Positions 28,105 through 38,350 of a stretch of 64,000 nucleotides of DNA are shown piece by piece. The stretch spans positions 1,888,001-1,952,000 of the forward strand of contig CAXXVZ010000003.1 of assembly GCA_963678065.2 (NCBI GenBank), written 5' to 3'. Source of the DNA: Treponemataceae bacterium. Lineage in GTDB: Bacteria; Spirochaetota; Spirochaetia; Treponematales; Rectinemataceae. The notes under the pieces were generated by a model, which saw nothing but the letters and a program-made list of their open reading frames with translations, was not told where the DNA came from and did no database searches. The translations under genes were made by a program, and so were the position numbers. Numbering within the stretch: position 1 is the first letter of the stretch; each line of letters starts with the position of its first letter.

Positions 28105-30669
28105 ATGAAAGATTACTCTTCCATGCCCTCTCTCGTCGACATTGTACAATTCCAGAATCCTACCAACAAAGGCGAGAACCCGCATGAGATCGGCCAGACC
28201 GCGCTGCGACGCGAGTCGGTGACTGGCCTCTCCGAGACCGAAGTTTTAGAGCTCAGGCGCGAGGTCGGCGAGAATGTCCTTCCGCAAGCGAAGGGCCCTT
28301 CAGGCTTATCAGTTTTCTTTTCCCAGTTCAAAAGCCCGTTGGTCTACATCATTCTGACCGCCGCCATCATCTCCTTGATAGTCGGGGAGATGGCTGATTT
28401 CGCCATCATCATGGTCGTCGTCGTTATCGACGCTGTCGTCGGATACCTGCAGGAGTATCAGGCCCAGAAGACCTACACCGCGCTTAAAAATCTTCTCAAA
28501 CCCACGACGACCGTCATCAGGGACGGAGTCCGGCAGGAAATTGAACTGCGCGGGCTGGTGCCGGGTGACGTGGTGGTGCTCAATGCCGGCAAGCGCGTGC
28601 CGGGCGACGGACAGATCATTGAGGGCGTAAAGCTCTCGGTGGACGAGGCCATCCTCACAGGAGAGAGCGAGCCCGTGCGCAAGAAAGCCGAGCAAGGCTC
28701 TGACCGCGTGTTCATGGGCACCACCGTGGTGACAGGACGCGGCCTCATGGTCGTAAGCGGCACAGGCACAAAGACCGAGTTGGGCGCCATAGCCGAAAGT
28801 CTCAAGGAAGACGCGCAGGAGGAGACGCCGCTCCAGGTGAGGCTAAAGACCTTCAGCAAAACGCTCACCCTGCTGGTCATCGGAGTCACCGCGGCTATCC
28901 TGGCCGTCGGCCTACTCTCCGGCAGACCCTTCCTGGAGATGCTCCGCGTCTCCATAGTCCTGGCTATCGCCGCGATTCCGGAAGGTCTCCTCATCGCCGT
29001 CACTGTCATCCTCGTGATAGGGATGCGGAAGATTCTCAAACGCCATGGGCTCGTGAAGAAGCTCCTGGCTGTGGAAACCCTCGGCTCGGTGACGACGATC
29101 TGCACCGACAAGACGGGAACCTTGACGGAGGGGCGGATGCGCGTCACCCGCCACGAGTTGTCGGTTTCTGACCGCGCCTTGGAGACCATGGCCCTCTGCA
29201 ATGATATGGAGGGGCCCGTCGAGGCGGCGCTGTGGGAGTTCGCGGCGACCTTGTCGGGTGGGAACCAGCAGGCGATCGTCGATCGCGGCGAGCGCATCGC
29301 GGTGGAACTCTTCTCAAGCGAGACCAAGTATATGATCACCTCGAACAATATCGATGGAAGAGAGTTCGATTACCTGAAAGGAGCGCCCGAGATTGTCATC
29401 GGGATGTGCGACATGCCGCCAGCCGAGCGGGAGCGCCTGCATTCCCTGGCCGAAAGCTGGGCCGGCGAGGGGCTGCGCCTGATAGGCCTGGCCTCGAGGC
29501 CCCGGACTGACATCGAGGAGCGCAGCGGCTATGAATGGGCCGGGCTCGTGGCCATGGAGGACCCGATCCGCGAGGGGGTCCGGGAATCCGTGGAGATCGC
29601 CCATAAAGCCGGGATCCGCGTGAAAATGATCACCGGCGACTACCGAACGACAGCGGAGCGCATCGCGCGCTCTGTGGGCATACTTGAGGAAGGCGAGGAG
29701 GTGCTCGACGGGAGCGAGTTTGCGGGGCTTGACGACGCCGCGCTCGCGGAAAGGGTCGGCCGCACCGCGGTTTTCTCGCGGATCCGCCCGCACGACAAGC
29801 TTCGCATCGTGCGTGCCCTCCAGGCCAATGGGGAGATCACGGCAATGGTCGGCGACGGCGTAAACGACGCGCCCGCCCTCAAGCGCGCGAACATCGGGGT
29901 CGTGGTTGGAAGCGCGACGGACGTGGCCAAGGAGACCGCTGATCTCGTCCTTCTCGACAACAACTTCCGCACCATCGTGGCCGCCGTGGAGGAAGGAAGG
30001 ATCATTTTCCAGAACATCCGGAAGGTGGTCGCCTACACGCTGTCCAATTCCTTCGCCGAGGTGCTCACTATCTTCGGCGCCATGCTCCTGGGCTGGCCCG
30101 CTCCTCTCGCTGTGGCGCAAATCCTCTGGATTCACCTGATCTGCGACGGCCCTTCGGACATTGTGCTCGGCTTCGAGCCCAAGGAGGACGGCATCATGGG
30201 GGAAAAGCCGATGTCCGTGAAGGAACCGATCCTCAACTCCCTTGGCCTTTCCCTCATCGCGATAATCAGCGCCGCAAGCGCCATCGTGGCCCTTCTCCTG
30301 TTCGGGCACTCCTACAATGTCCACGGCAACATTGTGGAGGGACAAAGTACCGCCTTCGCTTTGTTCGCGGTGAACTCCATGATCTACATCTTCGCGTATC
30401 GCAGCATGCGCCGTCCCCTCTTCCGGAGCGGCAAACTGACCCGGAACAAACCGCTCATATTCACGGTTCTTGGGGGCCTCGCGCTCGCCTTCTTCCCCTT
30501 CATTGTCCCCTCGATCAAAAAAACGCTCGGTATCGGGTCTTTGCAACTGGGTCAGTGGGGCGTGGTTTTCGCTGTCGCGGCCGGGCTTCTCGCAGTTGTG
30601 GAGATTGGGAAGTTCGTGAGCAACCGCATTATAAACCGGCGTCGCGCGCGGGGAAACGCTGCTCTCTGA
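28105..30669 (+). CDS. P2-type cation-transporting P-type ATPase
   Basis: TGES, PEGL, DKTGTLT, KGAPE, GDGVND. Confidence 0.95.
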   Translation: MKDYSSMPSLVDIVQFQNPTNKGENPHEIGQTALRRESVTGLSETEVLELRREVGENVLPQAKGPSGLSVFFSQFKSPLVYIILTAAIISLIVGEMADFAIIMVVVVIDAVVGYLQEYQAQKTYTALKNLLKPTTTVIRDGVRQEIELRGLVPGDVVVLNAGKRVPGDGQIIEGVKLSVDEAILTGESEPVRKKAEQGSDRVFMGTTVVTGRGLMVVSGTGTKTELGAIAESLKEDAQEETPLQVRLKTFSKTLTLLVIGVTAAILAVGLLSGRPFLEMLRVSIVLAIAAIPEGLLIAVTVILVIGMRKILKRHGLVKKLLAVETLGSVTTICTDKTGTLTEGRMRVTRHELSVSDRALETMALCNDMEGPVEAALWEFAATLSGGNQQAIVDRGERIAVELFSSETKYMITSNNIDGREFDYLKGAPEIVIGMCDMPPAERERLHSLAESWAGEGLRLIGLASRPRTDIEERSGYEWAGLVAMEDPIREGVRESVEIAHKAGIRVKMITGDYRTTAERIARSVGILEEGEEVLDGSEFAGLDDAALAERVGRTAVFSRIRPHDKLRIVRALQANGEITAMVGDGVNDAPALKRANIGVVVGSATDVAKETADLVLLDNNFRTIVAAVEEGRIIFQNIRKVVAYTLSNSFAEVLTIFGAMLLGWPAPLAVAQILWIHLICDGPSDIVLGFEPKEDGIMGEKPMSVKEPILNSLGLSLIAIISAASAIVALLLFGHSYNVHGNIVEGQSTAFALFAVNSMIYIFAYRSMRRPLFRSGKLTRNKPLIFTVLGGLALAFFPFIVPSIKKTLGIGSLQLGQWGVVFAVAAGLLAVVEIGKFVSNRIINRRRARGNAAL

Positions 30670-30709
30670 AATGCCGGAAAACAATACGATATATCCGAAG
30701 GAGGCTATT

Positions 30710-32071
30710 ATGTCGTTGAAAACCAGCGTCGCTTCTACCGTTGCGGTCAGAAAGATCGTGCGACTCAAGAAAGATCCTCAGAAAGAACTTCCCGCCCTCG
30801 TCAAATGGGCGCATCGGCTTGACCTGTCAGGCCATCACGCAAAAATGCTCGACGGCGTCGCGTCCATAGCGGGCGATGAGACAAATAACTGGAACCGGAT
30901 GATCACGTCCATCATCCGCGAAATAGACTCATCCTTCCTTGAGAAGTTCATTGTCAACTTCGCCGTAAATGCCGCATTCGTATCGATCCGGAAAAGGCAA
31001 AAAATCATGGAGCGCGAAGGCTGCAATATCCCCTGGGCTATCCTCATGGACCCAACCGCGGCCTGCAATCTGCATTGCACCGGTTGTTGGGCCGCCGAAT
31101 ATCCGAAGACCGCGAACATGGATTTCGACCTGCTCGACCGCATTATCAAAGAAGGCAAAGAGCTTGGCATCTACATGTATATCTACTCCGGCGGAGAACC
31201 CCTTGTGCGCAAAGCGGACATCATGAAGCTCGCTGAAAAGCACAACGATTGCATTTTCTTGTCTTTCACAAACGCCACCCTTGTGGACGAAGAGTTTGCG
31301 AAAGAGTCAGCTCGCTTGGGCAACATCATGCTCGCCATCAGCGTCGAGGGGTTCGAGGCGGAAACCGACATGCGACGCGGCGAGGGAACATATCAAAAAG
31401 CCGTCGAAGCAATGGATATCCTCAAAGCCAAGGGCGTGCCCTTCGGATTCTCTACCTGCTATCACAAGTACAACACCGAAGTCGTCGGCTCCGAAGCGTA
31501 CATCGACTTCATGGTGGAAAAAGGAGCGCGCTTCGGCTGGTATTTCACCTACATGCCGCTGGGCAAAGACGCAAAGACCGAACTGCTCGCGACGCCCGAC
31601 CAGAGGGAATTCATGTACCGCCGCGTCCGGGAATTCCGGAACACCAAGCCTATTTTCGTGCTCGATTTCTGGAATGACGGCGAGTATGTCAAAGGCTGCA
31701 TCGCCGGCGGCAAGGACTACCTGCACATCAACGCCGCGGGCGACGTCGAACCGTGCGCATTTATACACTATTCGAACGCGAACATCCGCGCCATGAGCCT
31801 GCTCGATACGCTCAAACAGCCGCTGTTCCGCGAATACGCCGCCGGCCAGCCTTTCAACGACAATCTCCTGCGTCCCTGTCCGCTTCTGGACAATCCCGAA
31901 AAGCTTCGCGGCATGGTCGGGCGATCGAACGCTCATTCGACGCAGTTGCTCGACGAGGAAGATGTTGGCTCCCTGACGGCAAAATGCGAAGGCGCGGCCG
32001 AAGCCTGGGCAGGCAGGGCGGAAATGCTCTGGGGCGAGGGCGCGGGGCAAAAGGAGGCGCATGAGGCATAG
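30710..32071 (+). CDS. Radical SAM/SPASM protein
   Basis: CNLHCTGC, SGGEPL, GCIAGG...GDVEPC. Confidence 0.9.
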   Translation: MSLKTSVASTVAVRKIVRLKKDPQKELPALVKWAHRLDLSGHHAKMLDGVASIAGDETNNWNRMITSIIREIDSSFLEKFIVNFAVNAAFVSIRKRQKIMEREGCNIPWAILMDPTAACNLHCTGCWAAEYPKTANMDFDLLDRIIKEGKELGIYMYIYSGGEPLVRKADIMKLAEKHNDCIFLSFTNATLVDEEFAKESARLGNIMLAISVEGFEAETDMRRGEGTYQKAVEAMDILKAKGVPFGFSTCYHKYNTEVVGSEAYIDFMVEKGARFGWYFTYMPLGKDAKTELLATPDQREFMYRRVREFRNTKPIFVLDFWNDGEYVKGCIAGGKDYLHINAAGDVEPCAFIHYSNANIRAMSLLDTLKQPLFREYAAGQPFNDNLLRPCPLLDNPEKLRGMVGRSNAHSTQLLDEEDVGSLTAKCEGAAEAWAGRAEMLWGEGAGQKEAHEA

Positions 32072-32157
32072 CGACATATTCGGAGGAATTCCGTTGTCAC
32101 ATCCGAAAAGCTGCATCGGCAAAGGGCTCGGTCATAAACCATAAGGAGGGCATAATA

Positions 32158-32352
32158 ATGAATAGCACAGTGGGTAAGTGGTTGGGCTGGATAGGAATTG
32201 TGGTTGGCGCAGTCGGTTTTTTCTGGCTACATATCTGGATGGCAATCATCGCGGTCATCGCCGGCATCGTAGGCCTGTTCTCTCCTCAAAAACTCTTGAA
32301 TGGGATCGCGGTGGCCGCTGGCGTAATAGCCTTGATAATCGGTCTCGTATAA
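32158..32352 (+). CDS. Small membrane protein
   Basis: 64 aa, almost entirely hydrophobic; strong RBS AAGGAGG. Confidence 0.75.
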   Translation: MNSTVGKWLGWIGIVVGAVGFFWLHIWMAIIAVIAGIVGLFSPQKLLNGIAVAAGVIALIIGLV

Positions 32353-32520
32353 ACGTAGTGGTGCGAATTCGCATATGAAACCGGCCGAGCCCTTTGTCGA
32401 TGCAGTTCCCCAACGGAACAATAATCCCGTTTGCCACCCTCAGTGGCTGAACGGAACGGTGATTGGTGAATGAAAGAGAAAGCATATCGCCGCTGAACAT
32501 ATTTCATTGCAAAACCAAGA

Positions 32521-32550
32521 CGGCCGTATCCGGAAAACAGGATATGGCCG
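32521..32550. terminator. Hairpin between convergent genes
   Basis: CGGCCGTATCC/GGATATGGCCG. Confidence 0.5.
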
Positions 32551-32577
32551 CCCTTGAATGCGGGAAAAACTCAGGTA

Positions 32578-32976
32578 TTACTTCGTTTCCGTCACGCTGA
32601 CGGCTTCATTGCCGGCCGATGTAGTCTTGTAGGTGACTGCGACCTTGCCGCCCTTTGCGAGCGCGGCGAATTTCACGACAGTCCCTTTTGAGTTCTTGAT
32701 CTGCGTGGTCGCGACGATCATGATCGTGTATTCCTTTTTGTCGGAGAGGACGACAATCTGTTCGGTGGTGTTTTTCGTCTTGTCGGCCTTTATGACTTTC
32801 TGGATGACACCGCTGAGCTGGAGTTCAGTCGCGGCGGGCGTCGCGGTCATGGCGGCCGGAGCCACAGTCGTGATTGTGGCGGCCTCTTTTACGGTCGTGG
32901 CCGTGCCGGCGGCAAATCCCGATGCGACGACGATCGCGAGCGCGATCAGTACTGCGATGCTCTTCTTCATGCTCAT
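32578..32976 (-). CDS. Secreted Ala/Thr/Lys-rich protein (DUF5666/OB-fold-like)
   Basis: Signal peptide; TQIK...LAKGGKVAVTY. Confidence 0.6.
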   Translation of the reverse strand: MSMKKSIAVLIALAIVVASGFAAGTATTVKEAATITTVAPAAMTATPAATELQLSGVIQKVIKADKTKNTTEQIVVLSDKKEYTIMIVATTQIKNSKGTVVKFAALAKGGKVAVTYKTTSAGNEAVSVTETK

Positions 32977-33093
32977 CTTTCTTACCCTCCTGGGTTGGTG
33001 ATCTGTGACAAACATACAGGAGGGAACATTAGGGAAGAGACAGAACAGGATTAAAAAACTCCAATGAAGGCGGGGCGTGGCTCGTGCTCGCGA

Positions 33094-34593
33094 TCAATCG
33101 ACCGCAGCACCGGAGTCGGCCGCAGGGAAGCTCAGCGTGAATATGGCGCCGCCATCGTCGGCGTTCCGGGCCGTCGCATCTCCCGAGTGGAGCCGCATGA
33201 TCGATCGCGCCATGCTGAGGCCGATGCCAAAACCCTCCCCGACGGCCGTCGTGCCCCGGTAGAATCTGTCGAATATCTTCTCGCGCTCATCTTCCGGGAT
33301 GCCGGGACCATGATCGCGGACCTGAAGCCTCGCGGCGGCACCATCCTCTCCCGCCGCGATTTCGACCGTACCATTTTCCGGAGAATGATCGATCGCATTT
33401 TCGACGAGAGCCGCGAGGACCTGCGCCACCTTGTCGCGGTCGCATACCGTCCGGACTTCCTTCCCGGCGATGATCTCGACCCGCACATTTTTCGCCAGCG
33501 CCATCGCGCGGAAATCCTCCACGGCGGACTCGACGAAAGCGGAGAGGGAGAGTTCCTCCATCTTCAATTCCACCTGTCCGGCGTCGAAGCGGGCGAGGAC
33601 AAGCATCCTGTTGACGAGACGGGCCATGCGGTCGACTTCTTCGAGGTTGCTTTCGAGTGTCTGCTCATACTCCTCGCGGGACCGGACCCGTTTGAGAGTC
33701 GTTTCGAGCTCGCCCCTGAGCACGGCAAGAGGTGTCTTGAGCTGGTGCGACACGTCGTTGAAAAACCGGGCCTGGGTTTCGAACGAGGCCTCGACCCGAT
33801 CGAGCATGGAGTTGAAGGAAAACGCCAATTCGCGCAATTCCCTGCCAGACGCCGGTATATCGAGCCTCAGGCGGAGATCGTCCTCGCGCACACGGTGAAT
33901 GGCGTCGATCATCCGCTGGATCGGCAGGAGGGTCGATCGTGTCAGGTAATACACGATGCCGCTCGCGATGATGATCACAATGGGAACAAGGGAAAACAGC
34001 AGCAGCGACAGGTTGGAAAGGGATGAGTCGATCCGCCGGAGCGACGAAACTACTTGCACGATATACACGATCGATTCGCGATACCAGACGGGCTGGGTGA
34101 GGACGCGGTAGGACGCGATTGACTCGCCTTTGCCGGGTAACTTGACGGTCTCGAAGATCTTTTCTCCCCCGACGACCCGCTCCCAGGATTCCCGGGACAG
34201 CCTGATCCTCGCGTCTATCCGGGAAGACGCGGCTATGCTGCCGCCGTCGGGTCCGAATATCTGAACCGCCACGGACAGGAAGGGAGGCGTCTCTGCCTGG
34301 TCGTCTACCCACGTGCGCGCAATCCTGGCAAAGTCGTCGGCTTCGATCCGCTTTATCTGCGCTTCGCCGCCGGCCGCGGCCGCGCCCGCGGGCGATAATC
34401 CCTCCGTCTGCCAGTAAGTCTTGATCGATTCGATAATTCCGTCAGCGCGCAAACCGAGAAAGGCGTCGAGATCGTTGTAGAGACGGCGGCCAAAATATCC
34501 GTACAGGGCAAAGGCGAATACGAGGAAAGCGATCGACACGAGTATGAGGTAGAGGAGGGACAGCTTGAAGCGGATCGTCCAGTTTTTCATCAT
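33094..34593 (-). CDS. HAMP/HisKA sensor kinase (CusS-like)
   Basis: Two TM segments, SHQLKTPL, ENAI, DHGPGI, GIGLS. Confidence 0.9.
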   Translation of the reverse strand: MMKNWTIRFKLSLLYLILVSIAFLVFAFALYGYFGRRLYNDLDAFLGLRADGIIESIKTYWQTEGLSPAGAAAAGGEAQIKRIEADDFARIARTWVDDQAETPPFLSVAVQIFGPDGGSIAASSRIDARIRLSRESWERVVGGEKIFETVKLPGKGESIASYRVLTQPVWYRESIVYIVQVVSSLRRIDSSLSNLSLLLFSLVPIVIIIASGIVYYLTRSTLLPIQRMIDAIHRVREDDLRLRLDIPASGRELRELAFSFNSMLDRVEASFETQARFFNDVSHQLKTPLAVLRGELETTLKRVRSREEYEQTLESNLEEVDRMARLVNRMLVLARFDAGQVELKMEELSLSAFVESAVEDFRAMALAKNVRVEIIAGKEVRTVCDRDKVAQVLAALVENAIDHSPENGTVEIAAGEDGAAARLQVRDHGPGIPEDEREKIFDRFYRGTTAVGEGFGIGLSMARSIMRLHSGDATARNADDGGAIFTLSFPAADSGAAVD

Positions 34594-34603
34594 GGGATTT
34601 TCA

Positions 34604-35281
34604 TCATGGGATCGACTCGGAGAGACAGTAGCCCCGGCCCCTGACCGTGTGGATCAGGCGGAGAGTGAAACCGGCATCGATCTTGTCCCGGAGATAGCTT
34701 ATGTACACGTCGATGGTGTTGGTGAACGTATCGAAATCGATGCCCCAGACATGCTCGGCGATCATGGTCCGGGTGACGATGCCGCCCTTGTTCAGCATGA
34801 GGTATTCGAGGAGGGCGTATTCCCGGTTCGACAACCTGATCTCGGTTCCGCCCCGATCCACACGCCGGCGCTTCTGGTCGAGCGACAGATCCGCGACGGT
34901 GAGGATCGGGCCATTCCCTCCATTCGCCCTTCGCAGCAAGACACGGATCCGGGCGAGCAGCTCGTCGAAGGCGAAAGGTTTGGTGAGGTAATCGTCGGCG
35001 CCCGAATCGAGACCGGCGACCTTGTCGGCGACCGTATCCCTGGCAGTCAGCATCAGCACGGGGGTCGCGATCCCGCCGGCTCGCAATTCCCGTATGACGG
35101 CAAAGCCGTCCAGCCCCGGCAGCACGAGGTCGAGTAGAATGAGATCGAAGGTTTCCGAGAGAGCGAGAGCGAGGCCGTCATCTCCGCGCCGCGAGATGAC
35201 GGTTTCATAGGACTCCTCGCGCAAGCCGCGTGCGATGAACTCGGCGATTTTCGCCTCGTCTTCCACGGTCAGAACGCGCAT
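34604..35281 (-). CDS. OmpR-family response regulator (CusR-like)
   Basis: VEDE, GADDYLTKPF, HTVRGRGY. Confidence 0.95.
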   Translation of the reverse strand: MRVLTVEDEAKIAEFIARGLREESYETVISRRGDDGLALALSETFDLILLDLVLPGLDGFAVIRELRAGGIATPVLMLTARDTVADKVAGLDSGADDYLTKPFAFDELLARIRVLLRRANGGNGPILTVADLSLDQKRRRVDRGGTEIRLSNREYALLEYLMLNKGGIVTRTMIAEHVWGIDFDTFTNTIDVYISYLRDKIDAGFTLRLIHTVRGRGYCLSESIP

Positions 35282-35348
35282 GAGATGATCGTATCGGTAC
35301 GGGTGGGCAATGACAATACGGGAGGGTCAACGCGTCGGGGCGCGGCGC

Positions 35349-35400
35349 TGATCGGGACAGAGGGCGCGACCTGTCGACAGATTTTCATTTTTTCCTATAT
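35349..35400 (+). repeat. 52-bp direct repeat, copy 1
   Basis: Identical to 43810-43861. Confidence 0.95.
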
Positions 35401-35443
35401 GATCCCTCAATTCGTTCTCCCGAAGTCAGGGGAAATAGTCAGA

Positions 35444-36919
35444 ATGTACAAAGTGATGCTGGTCGATGACGAACCATGGTCAGTCAAGGGGCTGAAAAAA
35501 ATCCTCCCCTGGCTTGAGTTGGGTTTCGAGGTGACAAGTCTCGAAACCGACTCGGTCGTCGCGTTGGAACATCTCATTGACTTCCCGCCCGACGTCGTTT
35601 TTACCGATATACGCATGCCCGAGATTTCGGGACTTGAGCTTTTGCAGCGCGCCCGGGAAAAAAATCCCGCTCTGCTCTTCGTCATAATAAGCGGGCACAA
35701 CGATTTCGAATACGCTCAGAAGGCTCTGCGCCTGGGAGCAATCGATTATGTGCTAAAACCCATCGATATCGACGAAGGGAAAAAACTGCTGGAACGGCTC
35801 CGCTCTCGTCTCGAAATGAACCGCAGGGAAGCCGACAGGGCGGTTTACGCTCTTCTTTTGGGCGAAGAACAGGAGGCAAGAACCTTCCTCGCCGAACGCG
35901 GTATCGACACTGATGCGGCTGGGTGGATGGTCATAGTCTTCGCCTCATCGAATGAAGAAATACCCGATGAGATGATCCTGCATATTTCGAAGATGCCGGA
36001 TTCGGTTGTGCTGCATCCTGAAACCGGGAAGGTCGTTTTATTGCTGCATGGCCTTATAAATGGATCGGAGATCGAAATGAACATTCGCTCTTGCGCTCTC
36101 CGGATTTCCGGCATTCATATCGGGCTGAGCAATCAGGGGCGCTCTGTCGCGGATATTCCCCATCTTCTCGTCCAGGCAGAACTGGCTTCGGGGGAATACT
36201 TTCTCGGAAGGATGGCAAGAGTTGTTCCTTTCTCGGCCGCTCCGAGTCAGGACCTCGAGAAACTCTTCATGGAAATCAGTTCAGCGCTGGTATCCTATAA
36301 TTATATCCGTGTGTCGCTCCTTATCGACCGGCTCCCGATCATCGTCCGGCGGGAGAAGCTCGGTGTCTACCATGTCGAACTTTTCTGGAATAGATTGTGC
36401 TCGCTCATGGAGGAATGGAAGATAGACACCGCCAAGGAAATCGCTTCCAGACACCTTGACGGAACGGCCATTGTCAAACGGTTCCGGGATATCGAGAATT
36501 TCTGCGCCTATATGAAGCGCCTGGTAGGCCGCGGCGTTACCGAATCACAACTACGAAATACATGCGCCGGTCGTGTCAATCCTCGATTCCTGGACCTCCT
36601 GGATTTCGTGAACGAAAACTATGCCAAGAAACTCAGCCTTGCGACGCTCGCCATGAAGTATCAGCTCAATAAAAGTTATTGCTGTGAATTGTTCAGCAAA
36701 TTTACCAACGGCACTTTCACCGATTATATTACGGAGTTGCGCATGAAGAAGGCCTGGCATCTTCTTCACTCCGGAGAATGCGACACTTCGGAGGTAGCGG
36801 AAATGGTCGGCTACGCCGATTACTTCTATTTCAGCAGAGTTTTCAAGCGCTATTTCCAGATGCCGCCGACTCATATGCGAACAAAGACGAAAAAAGCGAC
36901 CAGCGATGGGCAGGAATGA
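35444..36919 (+). CDS. YesN-like response regulator (REC + AraC)
   Basis: MYKVMLVDDE, TDIRMP, GHNDFEYAQKAL, VGYADYFYFSRVFK. Confidence 0.9.
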   Translation: MYKVMLVDDEPWSVKGLKKILPWLELGFEVTSLETDSVVALEHLIDFPPDVVFTDIRMPEISGLELLQRAREKNPALLFVIISGHNDFEYAQKALRLGAIDYVLKPIDIDEGKKLLERLRSRLEMNRREADRAVYALLLGEEQEARTFLAERGIDTDAAGWMVIVFASSNEEIPDEMILHISKMPDSVVLHPETGKVVLLLHGLINGSEIEMNIRSCALRISGIHIGLSNQGRSVADIPHLLVQAELASGEYFLGRMARVVPFSAAPSQDLEKLFMEISSALVSYNYIRVSLLIDRLPIIVRREKLGVYHVELFWNRLCSLMEEWKIDTAKEIASRHLDGTAIVKRFRDIENFCAYMKRLVGRGVTESQLRNTCAGRVNPRFLDLLDFVNENYAKKLSLATLAMKYQLNKSYCCELFSKFTNGTFTDYITELRMKKAWHLLHSGECDTSEVAEMVGYADYFYFSRVFKRYFQMPPTHMRTKTKKATSDGQE

Positions 36920-36940
36920 AATGGTGATGGCTTCCGTCCG

Positions 36941-38287
36941 TCACGATCGCGGGGCTTCGTCCTGGTTATACGAAACACGGCTTGCCGGTTTCAAACGTAT
37001 ATTCGCCTCCTCCATCCCCTGTCTCACGGCATCCAGATGTTCCATATGCGACCCATCATAATGCCCCAAGGAAAAGCCATCGACTCCTGTTTCACTCAGG
37101 ATCTTGATGCACCGTCGCAGAATCTCCGGTGTTGCGTTCGGACGTACGGCGAACGCCGCGAGAAGGTCCTTGTCAAAACCTATTCCCCTGCGAATCTTCA
37201 GGAGCGTGTTGCGCTTATATTTAAAATCGTCCTTTGCTCCGGTCTGCTCTGTGTAATCCGAATCACGAACTGAATCCACGTACGACCGTATCGCCCGATA
37301 GTCCAATCCTGCGAGCTCCGGATAGCGAATATAGTTATTGTAGCGGAATTCGACCTTTGGATTTGCTTCTTTGATGCTCTCGTAAATGGTTTTAAAAAGT
37401 TGAGTGATCGACTTCGCCCTGAACTCAAGAAACTGGAAAAGCGATGGGTTCTCAAGCAGGAGTCCGGTCTCCATCAGGTTGCTTCCCATGAGAAGGTGAT
37501 TATCCATCGCTGCGTCGATATTGAAGTGAGACGTTGCGTTGGCCTCGTACTCCAACGCTTTCAAGTCGGTGACGATCTTATCCCAATCATACCCCATCGA
37601 GAGAGCCTTTTTCCTGCAGTGTTCACAAAAACAACCGCCGCGCGTGACACCATAGAGATTCGCAAGTCTGTTTTCCGGATCATTCGTTTTCATCCAGGTA
37701 TCAAAGAACCAGGGAGCCTGAACCGGACTGCCTTCATTGAACAGCATCATACAGGTCTGTATGAAATCTATATCGTGATTCTTGACCGTGTCGTAGAAGA
37801 TGGCCCGCATATATTCGACAACCATCTCGTTGTTGCAGCAGAAAAACTTTTCGAGAATATCCCCATGAATGTTCTTCTGCAGTACTTCCGGGAATTGCCG
37901 CGCTGCGATACTCGTGTCGAAAAAGCTATGTGATATTTCCGCGCCCGTCTTCAGATTGTTTTTACGGGCATTCACGGTCAGCACATCAAGCCAATCTTTA
38001 TCCTTGAGAAATTCCCTCTCGGTGTACATTGGCTTGAGCGGAGTATTCTTGAAATTTCTCTCATCCATTTTGTAATAAATACGGCTGTTTTCAGGAATAT
38101 AGAATTTTCTCTTTTCATTGTGAGTATAGAACAGGCTCGTGAGCGGCCGCTTCTCGTGATGCATGATGCCCACAAGATAAACGCTGCTGACACCACTGCG
38201 TTGCACCAAATTTTCCGTGCATCTCTCGATGCCCTCGTCAGCGATATCCCACGGGTAGAGGCTCGCCGCGATCTCTTTGATTATCAT
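36941..38287 (-). CDS. Uncharacterised protein, possible glycoside-hydrolase-like TIM barrel
   Basis: LYPWDIADEG, CFCEHC; located at the end of a sugar ABC operon. Confidence 0.55.
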   Translation of the reverse strand: MIIKEIAASLYPWDIADEGIERCTENLVQRSGVSSVYLVGIMHHEKRPLTSLFYTHNEKRKFYIPENSRIYYKMDERNFKNTPLKPMYTEREFLKDKDWLDVLTVNARKNNLKTGAEISHSFFDTSIAARQFPEVLQKNIHGDILEKFFCCNNEMVVEYMRAIFYDTVKNHDIDFIQTCMMLFNEGSPVQAPWFFDTWMKTNDPENRLANLYGVTRGGCFCEHCRKKALSMGYDWDKIVTDLKALEYEANATSHFNIDAAMDNHLLMGSNLMETGLLLENPSLFQFLEFRAKSITQLFKTIYESIKEANPKVEFRYNNYIRYPELAGLDYRAIRSYVDSVRDSDYTEQTGAKDDFKYKRNTLLKIRRGIGFDKDLLAAFAVRPNATPEILRRCIKILSETGVDGFSLGHYDGSHMEHLDAVRQGMEEANIRLKPASRVSYNQDEAPRS

Positions 38288-38350
38288 AACGATGGACTCC
38301 GTCTGTGAAACAGGGCCGACGGAAATGATATATTCCGTCGGCCTATTCTT

